Positions 1 to 9,753 of a DNA stretch of 64,000 nucleotides are shown here, one piece after another; within the stretch, counting starts at the first letter, position 1; the number at the start of each line of letters is the position of its first letter. The translations under genes and the position numbers were made by a program. Location of the stretch: the NCBI RefSeq assembly GCF_025526975.1, contig NW_026515669.1, positions 1,426,001 to 1,490,000 of the forward strand. The letters run 5' to 3'. Source of the DNA: Fimicolochytrium jonesii. Taxonomy: Eukaryota. Under the pieces are notes generated by a model. That model was not told where the DNA came from and ran no database searches. It saw only the letters and a list, made by a program, of their open reading frames with translations.

Positions 1-137
1 TCGCGAAGAGCTCGCTTGGAAGCTACCGCATTGTGGTCCGCGATGAGGTACTGAAGGCCATACGAAACGACCACACCCGTTGCGACGGTGCAAGCCACAC
101 CGACAGCCAGCTTAAGAGCGAGGTTGAACCCACTCAT
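1..137 (-). CDS. 5' end of a gene running off the window; protein with an N-terminal hydrophobic signal/anchor
   Basis: ATG at 137 opens MSGFNLALKLAVGVACTVATGVVVSYGLQYLIADHNAVASKRALR, open to the window edge, with a TM-like segment; not in the ORF track. Confidence 0.55.
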   Translation of the reverse strand, partial: MSGFNLALKLAVGVACTVATGVVVSYGLQYLIADHNAVASKRALR

Positions 138-1769
138 ATTGGTCTGTCGGCGAGGCAGCGGTTGTTCGGTTGTCGAAGCTGCTTTCGCCAAATAGATGTA
201 TGACGGAAGTTTCGACGACGTGATTGCACGGAAGCTGTGTTCGATATATTCGTGCTCAGGTTTCGAGCTTCGATGCTAGTAGCTGTGCTGAGGTCGCAAC
301 TTCCAGAGCTTCGAAAATCGAAAAGTTGTGGAGACTGTTGCAAGGTTTTGAACAATTGTGTGCCGAAGTGGGTATTGATAACGACTACTCTCTATATATA
401 TATTATACGTTCAGGTCCGTCCGTCGCTGTGTATAAAACCCATTCTGGTGGCAAAAGGCTGACAGAGTCTCCGGGATCTCGAAAGAGCGGTAGGATGTCT
501 GCCCTTTCTTTTCGGTTGAGCGGGGTTTTTTCGTCGTCGCGACGTTGCAACCAAGTGGAGACAGACACGACGCACTCAAACGACATCATCAACGGCACGG
601 TGAGTCACGCTCGGAAAGATCCGGAGATCGTGACGTCCAACCTTCAGGAATCAGAATCCTTTCGACAGTCCAACCACATTCCCAAGGACATCTCTGGAAA
701 TCGAAACCCTGCTACGTGGCGCTTCAGAAAGAGTTTTGGCAAGGTTTTACTGGATAGGGAGGGGCTCAGACGGGGAAGTACATACGTGTCTTCAAACGGA
801 AACCGCAAATTCATACCGCGACGGCGTGGATCCAATTACGATGTCCCTATTTCCTGGGAGTGTACCTGGACTATGCTTGGCGAGTGGACGCCGATTTGCG
901 TAGGAACGGCGAGAATGATCCGCCACAGCCGGACATCCTACGTGTTCTGCATAAAATGGTTGGATACCACTGTAGGTGCGTTCGGAAAGACCGAGGATTC
1001 GCAGCCCACCTGTCGGAGGTGGAGATATCACGCCGGTCGTGGGCGTTGGGAGCCGCCAGCTAAGCCGCGGCAGCTGATCAGCTTGAAGCGAAAGGGTGGA
1101 GATTGGAAGTGCGTAGGCGAAACAAGCTTTCCAGTGCGGTTACGAACCGGCATCCAATCGATTAGGTTGTGCAGCGAGCTATCACCACCTCCTTCTTCGT
1201 CCTTTTGTGTACTCGCAAAGGAGCGAAGTAGAGGGTGATGTCCCACACTGCATGATCCCGCGATAGTGTCGCCGATGCTCCCTAACTCGTGTGTTCATGA
1301 GAGCAAACAGAGTCAGCGGCGGGGAAGGTCTCGATGGCTGCTGCCGCACTTCCGTTTGGTTTTCATATCCTTGTCTCTGGTCGGTTGAACCATGATATTT
1401 ACGAAACTATGAGAGAAAGCTTAGATGGCCAGCTTCATTTCCATAGGAGCAGAGATGCTTTACTCCCAGTTGCCCGCCTCATTTGGATTTGCTCTCACTC
1501 CTTGCCAGCAATGACAAATGTGTACCCACTGCAAATTTATGTACTTCTACAAGCGTCTCTTCAGATTTAGGACTTCTTGAAGAAGAATGCTTTTGTGATG
1601 AGTATATTGGTAACAAAAATCAGGTATGATAAAAATAGTGTACAATTATGGAGAGGACGATTCAGACGAAAGTCCAAGGTCGTCAGTCTCAAGGGAATTA
1701 AATGAGGCTAATCTACTATATAGATGGCGAGAGGAAACTCTCGGGGCTTGTGTATATGAGAAGCGAGCT

Positions 1770-2694
1770 TTAGTGAGCGACGGGGGCGTCAACGGAGGCG
1801 ACGGGGACAGCGACAACGTTGTGGGACTTGGACACGCCTAGCTTGGCGAGGACAGGGGCGGTGAGCTTGTTGAGCTGCTCAATCAAGTTGTGAATTTGGG
1901 GAATGGAAGTCACGGATGACACGACTCCGTTGACCTTGGTAACCACAAATCCTGTGGTGGCGTTGGCAGTGCCGACGGCCCTCTCCTTGGTGTTGTGAAC
2001 GATCTGATGAACGACAGAGTGTTTGTCAGTTTTTTATGTGCTGTGATACAGCTCAGATCATCCGAATAGCTTACCTCGTAGGTCTTCTCTCCAGCGTGGA
2101 TGACGAAGGTCGGGACGTAGTTCTTGACGGTGCCGACGGGGTCAGCGTGGAGAGACTTGGCCTGGTCGACGGTTCCCTGAACAAGGTTGAGGATGGGGGA
2201 GGGGGTGTACGCGGTGACCGTGGTGGTGGCGCCGGTCACAACAACCTTTCCAAAGTCGATGGCCTCGTAGACCTTGCTGGAAGCTTTATTTGTTCACCAG
2301 ATTGTCAGCCAATCATCCTAATATATGAGAGAGCAAGATAATCTGACTTACCGAAGTTGGTGGTAGCGTTGACAGTTCCAACGGCACGGTCCTTCGTTGA
2401 CACGGCGGTGCCAACGGCGTAGTCCTTGGCGGCATAGGCGCGGTCGGTAGCAGACGTCGCGGTAGAAGCAGCGTAGTCCTTAGCGGCTACGGCGGTACCA
2501 AGAGCGTAATTTGCGACGTTCTACGAGGACAAGAAGCGAGATCAGAACCGGTCCCCTTCACCAAAAGCGATTCGAAGCTGTCGGAATGTGAGCCTCACCT
2601 TCGCAACCTGGGGAACGTAGGGGTCGACGACGGTAGCGACGCTCTGCACGGTAGAGGTCACGGTCTCAGTAGCGGTAGCAATAAGTCCAGCCAT
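1770..2694 (-). CDS. Perilipin/CAP20-like lipid-droplet-type protein with 11-mer amphipathic repeats (4 exons)
   Basis: Exons 2694-2599, 2520-2352, 2283-2075, 2003-1770 joined by GT-AG introns give MAGLIATATETVTSTVQSVATVVDPYVPQVAK...AAKDYAVGTAVSTKDRAVGTVNAT...VAH*; strong C-ending codon bias. Gene model is solid, function is inferred. Confidence 0.6.
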
Positions 2695-3140
2695 TTTGTT
2701 TGATGTTCTAGGTTGAGGGTTTGGAGAGTGTGGGAGTGGGATTGCGATTGCGAAAGGGTTTGCGGTGGGTTTGAAAGCGAGGGCGGGGGGCACGACCTGT
2801 CCCCTTCAAATACTATGGACCGCCTCCGGCCGTTCACAAGGACACGCACAAGGAAAGACGTTTTTGGGGGCCTGCGGCTCAGCAAAGGGAGAAAGCAAGT
2901 TCCACAACCTTTTCGCTGCTCCCGGCTATCTTCTTCCGTCATGCTCCTTCAAGTCTTGACGCGCCAGTCGTAATTATGAACAAAGGCTACAAATTCCCAC
3001 ATGCGTTTGCAAAGCGCCCACATGTGTTCAACGCGCTGAGAAGTGAGGGGAAGGCCCCGCCCGCTCATCATCAGCTATCAACAATCCATCTCCGGCTGAG
3101 CGAGGCTGCGGCTTGGAAAACTTCAAACCGGGAAAACCGG

Positions 3141-4060
3141 TTAGCGGGAAAAGAACGGGTGCCAGGTGCCTGGAAACACTTGCATTGCGGAAGCCGATCT
3201 ACATATCGGGTCTGTCTGTCTATTATAATGATGTTGGGAATGTCTGTATGGGGGATGTACAACGAGAAGAAATAGGGAGAGCGGTTGTCCGAGTCGTTCA
3301 GCCAGACTGTTGCCACTGTGGTGGGTATTGGTCGTAAACCGCTCCAGATGGGACCGGATACCCATCGGATCTGGCGGTGGTACGGATCTGGCGGGTGATA
3401 CGGGCCCGGAGACGAGGACGCTAATGTAACCGTCGCTGCGGGTTCCGCAGGGTTGTTGTGAGTGTTGTGTATCTTGGAGTGGGTGGGGGTATTGGGTGGG
3501 GTAGGCTTGTTGGGCTGCTGTAACTTGCTGATGGGGGTGGTAGGCGATTGCTTGATAGCGAAGGGCCGTATTGCAGTTGTTGTTCCTGGAGGTATACGAA
3601 CTGCTGCAGCTGATGCGGATGATACGCGGTTGTTTGATACACATATACCTGTTACCTGCTGCTGCACATGTCCGTGTTGTTAGACGCCGACGGATATAGG
3701 TATGTGCGGCGGCGAGTGAGTGGGGTCATACTCGCCGGTAGTGTATCGTTGTTGTTGTTGTTGTTGTTGGAGGGTATCATGTGGATATCTCTCAGATGCC
3801 GGCAGACGTTATCAAAAGCACAGAACGGGCACACCCATTTGCCCCATAAACGCCGATGAAAACATTCCGGAGTCGTTGCGAAGGGGACGAACTCGTTTGC
3901 TATGTGTTCCTGAAAGTGGGACTCCATTTGGTGCAAACCTACGAGCCTACGCCCCAGAACAAATGATTATCACCAGAGTAGGCAGTCAGACAGAGGAAAT
4001 TGCCCACAACAACATGGTAACCTGTACCAGAGAGCGCACTGGTAGCAGTAGACAACTGGC
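3141..4060 (-). pseudogene. Decayed C2H2 zinc-finger / Q-rich gene
   Basis: Removing an 81-nt intron (4027-3947) gives CYQCALWLVGLHQMESHFQEH (C-x2-C-x12-H-x3-H), followed by CPFC...HLRDIH; downstream Q/H/P-rich repeated peptides lie in different frames. Confidence 0.45.
3748..3768. repeat. (GTT)7 microsatellite
   Basis: gttgttgttgttgttgttgtt read directly. Confidence 0.9.
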
Positions 4061-4232
4061 GTAGATCTAGACGGTGATGATCGCACCGCAGTCCAAAATC
4101 GCGCACTCTAGTTCTGGGCCACCTGAGGTGCTTTCGGACAAGAGCGAGTCACGCGTTCCAAGGGCACTTTTCGCACTTCCGCGACACGAAGCAGGACCGA
4201 CGCAACATCGCTGACCGGCGTTCAAGGAGAGA

Positions 4233-5341
4233 ATGACCGGCATCCAAACCTCAGTGGCTAAACGTCGGGCGGCCATCGTTGCCGGCTCGAAGGCAAGACG
4301 TAGGTGTATATTTATCTACACGATGCATGCATATTCGATGCGAAACCGCGGATGCGCTGAACTTCCCCCTGGCAGCATTGACCACGCCATACCTTGTGCT
4401 GTACAACCTGGCCTCCACTGGGGCGTGGATGTATCTGTTATGGAAGCTTGTCGCCCAGATTGTCGCCGACAATGGGCATCATGAAAGCGTGTACGGTGCA
4501 ACAGGTGAAAAGCTCACAATCGTCCAAACCCTGGCGCTTCTGGAGGTGTGTATGTTCGGGAGGTTGGAAAACGCAAAGGCAGTATTTCGTCTGAGCCTCT
4601 TCCACTTTCTAGGTTGCCCACGCCGCCCTTGGTATGGATTGGGCTCGATTTGCGATTTGACTAGTTTGAAGGGTCTCACGCTTTTACATAGGCTTGGTGA
4701 AGGCGCCTGTCACCACCAGCGCAATACAAATCATAACCCGGCTGTTGATAGTTCGTGGCGTGCTCAACTTCGTGGGGCTTCCTCTGGTCCGTAGTCATCG
4801 AAAAGTTCCCTTACGGCTGTCGCGGGCATTGTGCTCACGACCTGTTGCACAATCTGTTGCAGCTACGCGAACACTGGGCTGTCTCCACCATGATCAGCGC
4901 ATGGGCAATCGCTGACATTGTGCGATACATCTATTATGTGTTCAACATGGTGGGCAGCGTTCCTGGAATCTTGCAATGGGCTAGGTGAGCATACGTCGCT
5001 GCATTTGCGAGCTTGAAGAGCCCCATTTGCCAACGATATCTTCCTGTAGATACACATTGTTCTTTGTGCTCTACCCTATCGGGGCCGGCTCGGAGTGGAT
5101 TCTGTTGATCAAATCTCTGCCCTACGTCAAAGCTATCGATGAACGGATTTACTACGCGTACATCGTTGTTGCGTGTTTGTACCCGCCAGGTAGGATCGGT
5201 GGATACATGGAACCACACAAAGCCTCTTACGTTTTGTTCTCTTTTGCAGGTCTCTACACAATGTATACTTACATGATGGCCCAGCGGAGGAAATACATCG
5301 GTGGTACTGATTGGGTCGACCGCTCAAAGAAGAGTCGATGA
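4233..5341 (+). CDS. PHS1: Very-long-chain 3-hydroxyacyl-CoA dehydratase (PTPLA/Phs1 family), multi-exon
   Basis: Motifs YLVLYN, VQTLALLEVAHAALG, WAIADIVRY, WARYTLFFVLYPIGAGSE, YMMAQRRK; C-terminal KKSR ER-retrieval-type signal. Confidence 0.92.
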
Positions 5342-5710
5342 TTCCCTGCGGTGTTGGTGATTTGATGTTGGCAGAAAGTCATACTACTCCCACCGGCCAA
5401 GGGCAACGTTCCTTAGCATAGTTTATTCAGATTTTTATAGCTTTTTGAATCGTCTGTAATGCTTGTAGGAGCCGGCGTAGTTCTCAGAATAATATCCAAT
5501 GACGTGCGAAGACGTGCGAGAAGCAGCGAGGGGAGCGTTTGGCGCGCTTTGTCACTGATCCCTCTCCTCAACCAACGCGCCGATAAGGCACGACGAACAT
5601 CACATACAAGCGGAGATTACTGAGAAACCCAAACGAAACCTTACCTATCGAAAGCAGCAACCTGTATACGTGTATCCCGCTCAAGCTGTTGGCTGTCAGT
5701 AAAGATTGCG

Positions 5711-6960
5711 ATGGTAGACACGAATAAGTCGCCTCAAAAGCAGAGGGCGGAGGCGGGCACTGGCACTTCCGACCCTATGGCTGACGTGTACAACCAAAGC
5801 GAACTTCTCATAGGTCCGGAGACCCTTCATTTCCTCGTCTACGAGCACTTAGTTCACCATTGCTACAGCGCAACAGCGGAGGCGTTTGGGGACGCGTGTG
5901 GATTGGGCGATCCAGGCAAGCTCTTCGCCAAGCGCGCGAATACGTCGTCGAAGCTTGTGTCAGGGAAGAGGGTTCCGGGGCCGGGCAAGATAGGGTTGTT
6001 TGCGAGGGGAGAGCAGGGAGTGGACGGGGATCTCGGAGCAGTTGGACAGGCGGACATGGATGTCGACAACGCAATGGAAACCGACGAAACGAACGACGCT
6101 GAACCGATGGACATAGTTGGGGCTCCGCACCATAATTCAGATGAAGCAAATCATTCAACGTTCGGCATTGGGGGGATGGGAGGCGACGGCAGTTCTCTGA
6201 GCTCACGCGGCACGACGAGCGCAACTCCGCTACAAACGCTGCCGGATCGACAAGCCGTGTATCGGTTGATCGCAGATGGGAACATTGCAGAGGCGATCCA
6301 ATATTGTCAGATGGCGTTCCCAGATGTGCTGATTGGCGGGTCTGTAGACAAAACAGAAGTAGAGTTTGAGCTGCAATGCCAAAGGTTCATTGAGCTGGTG
6401 AGGACAAGCGCTGTGGAGGCTATGGCGTTTGCGCAAGAAGGTAAGCGGCAGCACCACTCGGCCTGAGTGCATCATCTAACTTACTCCTCTCCTCAGAATT
6501 GGGCAAATTCGACCTGACCCGCCCAGATTACGCGGCGAAAGTGAACGACATCGTTGCCCTCATCGCCTATCCAGATCCACTGAAGTCTCCACTCGCAAAG
6601 TATCTCGCAGAAACACGGCGAATAGACGTTGCCACACTGGTGAATAGCTATATTCTAGGTATGCCGCACTCATTTCGGGAGTTATTTGCGATCTTGTCTT
6701 TAAAGTGTCCCAAACACCAGCGTCACATGGATACTCGCCCACAACCGCGATCGAGACACTGGCACGCCAAGCTACCGTTGTGCGCGAAATGCTGCATCAA
6801 GATGCCGATAAGGACTCTAAAAAGGCAAACAAAGTAGGTGCTTCATGCTGTGGTGCACATGATTTTGGCCTAAACGCTGAATACCGTCACCTCCCACAAT
6901 CAGAGCCAGTATGGGAGATGGGATCTGTCCCTCTTAACCGGCGACGCTCGACCAGCATAG
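5711..6960 (+). CDS. LisH-CTLH-CRA domain protein (GID/CTLH E3 complex subunit, RanBP9/10- or Gid8-like)
   Basis: LisH LVYEHLVHHCYSATAEAF; CTLH RQAVYRLIADGNIAEAI...FELQCQRFIELVR; CRA LIAYPDPLKSPLAKYL...LVNSYIL; 4 exons, stop at 6958-6960. Confidence 0.85.
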
Positions 6961-7660
6961 TATTACCGGCGAATGAGGAGACTACCGACGATCATGGCTG
7001 CAAAGCTGGGCGTCCTCCATCCCTGATCAATGGGGCGTGGAACGGACGATCATGCAGAGCGAATGCTGAAGTCTACGCATCCATGGACTATTCCCAAGAT
7101 TCATTACTTCGTTGAAGCCTTAGCCACGGAAACCCACCCGTCTACGACGTCCACTTGTGGTTACCCTGTACATTCCATACCCCCATGTAGGCACCCATCC
7201 CAGTCCCAGCCACAACAGAATACGATCCCCCAACCTTCGATGTACTTCCCAATAGAATGTTGGACAGTCGCTTCAACGGCCTAGCTGCCCCGACGTCCGC
7301 CAAAATTTTTGGCCCTGATAGTCATCCGAGTATTACCGAGCCACCGGCGGAATTTGTCAAACCCAAATTTCCCCCGCGATTGAGCACCGCACGATATGCC
7401 CCTCCAGATCGCCCCTTGATGCATTTTCTCTCACTCCGAACTTCATTCGATCCACACCCAATGGCCAAAGAACACACAGGAATGTTTAAGCCATTCAGTT
7501 ACAGCTTCTTCTGGTGGCGTTTATGCATGTTAATTGGTATAGCTATTCTCGATCGTTTCGGAACAGAGTCCTCAGCAATCTCCGTAAAACCAGGTATCGG
7601 AGAAACACCTATTTCTGCGTGACGGCGTCAGAACGATGCTCCCATTCGCATCGGTGATGT

Positions 7661-8663
7661 TTAGTGGTGGAAGTAATCGATAGGGTGCAGACGCTTGGGG
7701 AACTGTTAAAAGTGATATGAGGAAAAATGATGAACACCAGTTGCGGAGAAGTAATGTTCGAGAAAAATAGGTTCGTACCAAAGCGCCGTCATCGTTGTCG
7801 GTGGTGAAGTCGTATTCATCTGCAAACGGGGAGAAGACCCGTTAGTGGTTCGATCCATATCAATTTGCGGAGTTTCGTAGTATGGTACGCACCAGGGTAG
7901 TTAGCTGGGTCATCGATGGGGTTGTACACCGGGGGCCATTGCTCCTCCTCAACACCCTGCTCCACAGCTCCGGACGCCTCAGCGACGGTCACGTCCAACT
8001 CCGGCTTGGGAGGCGGAGCGGGGGCAGCGAAGGAGGTTGGAAGGTCCACCTTAGCTCCAGTCTGCAATTGTCAAATATCAATGTCTCCGTCCGAGATTCC
8101 AGCCACAGTCCAAATTCGAGAGTATCACATACATCCTTTGGTGGGGTGTAGGCCTTCAACTGCTGCAGGTAGATTTGCGAGATAATGTCGGCTGGAAGAA
8201 GATATCTTAAATTCGACGCATATACCGCTATAAAGCGTTCTAATACGTACCTTTGACCGAGGCGGTTTGCGCGAAACCGCGAGTAGCGGAGGGGGCGCTA
8301 ATCTTCAGAGCGGGCTGATAGGGGTACACGTGAGAATTTAGTACATTGGTACGGGGACTGCAGTGAGTGCTGCCAAACCGCAGAGTTTCCCAAGGATCTT
8401 CCCCAGGTTCTACCCGCCATCTCTATGAACCCCCCGCCCGTCCCAAACTCCCAAATCCTTTGCAGAAGTTTTCACGAGCTCCCTTCCCGAAGCTTTCCTC
8501 TCAATTGCCGCCAAGTTCACTCTGATGTAGTGGTTCGGAAACAGTCGATCCAACTCCGAAATGCGAGCTTCTTTCTGCTGTGCGACGAAGAACCATCACG
8601 GTTCGAGACGCCAAAGAAACTTACCCTCACAAGAGCCGCACGGGCGATACGGAGAGAGTACAT
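7661..8663 (-). CDS. ATP14: Mitochondrial ATP synthase subunit h (6 exons)
   Basis: Spliced product MYSLRIARAALVRPALKISAPSATRGFAQTASVK-ADIISQIYLQQLKAYTPPKD-TGAKVDLPTSFAAPAPPPKPEL...FPKRLHPIDYFHH*; mitochondrial presequence plus the DIIxxxYLxxLK motif of fungal subunit h. Confidence 0.85.
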
Positions 8664-8812
8664 TGTGCTGCAGATGTCTTCTCGATAGCAAGTGCAGAAC
8701 GGTTCGCGGATGTTCAAAGAGCTGCTGTGTGTTGTTCCGGCAGCATCCGACTTGTCTTGTGGCGCGCGAGTGGCGCAGGAGTGGCACAGCGCTCCTTTTC
8801 CCTCCCAGCGGC

Positions 8813-8820
8813 TATAAAAG
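8813..8820 (+). promoter_or_regulatory. TATA box of a transcript divergent from ATP14
   Basis: TATAAAAG about 70 nt upstream of a canonical donor AAG|GTAAGC at 8892. Confidence 0.55.
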
Positions 8821-9016
8821 CGGAGCCAGTGCCCCAAACTTCCACGAGCATCTCTCGATATTCCCAACTGTCGCGAAACTGAGTTTACAAGGTAAGCAAG
8901 CATTCGTACCCCTCTTCCTTCCCGAGATACCTCTTCCGCCTTCCGCGCCTGTCAGCCCGAACAGGATGGTTCAACCTCGCTCCAGCGATTGTGACCTCCT
9001 CTTCGGTTTCGGCTCC

Positions 9017-9122
9017 GCCCACAAAATCCTGATGAAAAAGCATATGGATGTCACAATGCGTCCTAGACTTCGGTCGTTGACGATACAACATATGTCTGCC
9101 TTCCTACTGATCCTTTGTGGGC
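9017..9122 (+). ncRNA. snR52: Box C/D snoRNA, snR52/SNORD83-like, guide for 18S Am420 (yeast numbering)
   Basis: Perfect 9-bp flanking stem GCCCACAAA (9017-9025) / TTTGTGGGC (9114-9122); box C TGATGA 9030-9035; box D CTGA 9107-9110; guide CTGCCTTCCT complementary to 18S AGGAAGGCAG, and the D+5 rule points to the A420 equivalent. Confidence 0.85.
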
Positions 9123-9391
9123 AAAACGGGTTTCCCTGAGCCAGTGAACGTGGCGGTATGAACATAAACTAATTATTTTCTTGCCGTTCCTTCTTCTCTG
9201 TCTCTCCAGGCTGCATTGGCAACGAATCAAGCTGCTTCCCCTTCAAATTTCTTACGGTGACTTTGTCTCTATTGTCGTTGATGACGTTAAGCGCCGATAT
9301 CTAATGGCCTGGGATGCAAGGCGACTTTCGTCATAGTGTCCCATCCCAATGGAGTTGGTGCAATGTTTCACGCACTTCGTTACGAGACCCC

Positions 9392-9523
9392 GGTTGCAAT
9401 GATGACTCAAAGGGCTTATTGCCGCGGGAGTGTGACTGGGAGCCGTGTAATGCGGAGAACCCACCTGGTCCCTCTCGCTTTTGTGGTATAATCCTTGTCA
9501 AGAATGGCAGCGTCTGAGCAATC
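9392..9523 (+). ncRNA. Candidate orphan box C/D snoRNA
   Basis: GGTTGC-A-ATGATGA (box C 9399-9405) ... CTGA (9514-9517)-GCAATC; 6-bp terminal stem in canonical kink-turn spacing; no confident target. Confidence 0.45.
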
Positions 9524-9753
9524 CTAATGTGTCATTCCGCGGCTGATCGTGGAGAGGAAGCACTAGCATATGCATATGAGTGTTTCCAAGTTTTTTCCGT
9601 ATGATTGTATTGAAATAATACTATGAGATGCAATTATGATCTTCAACATCGAGACTATGCCCGGATGAGACTGAGCGGTGCGGTATTAGGGGATGTGGTT
9701 CAAAACTACATACAAAACGTTACAATAGTGCTTTGCGAAAGAGCTCGCGCAGA

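Larger units (their letters stand above)
8845..9570 (+). ncRNA. Spliced non-coding snoRNA host transcript (ends approximate)
   Basis: TATA 8813, donor GTAAGC 8892, branch ACTAAT 9168-9173, polypyrimidine tract and CAG at 9209; no ATG in exon 1 and no credible ORF after splicing. Confidence 0.65.

Noticed and set aside
237..1238. 333-aa plus-strand ORF
   Set aside because: Non-ATG start, reads through a (TA)n/TATA region, R/S/W-rich composition and no recognisable domain; probably a chance ORF in promoter/intergenic DNA
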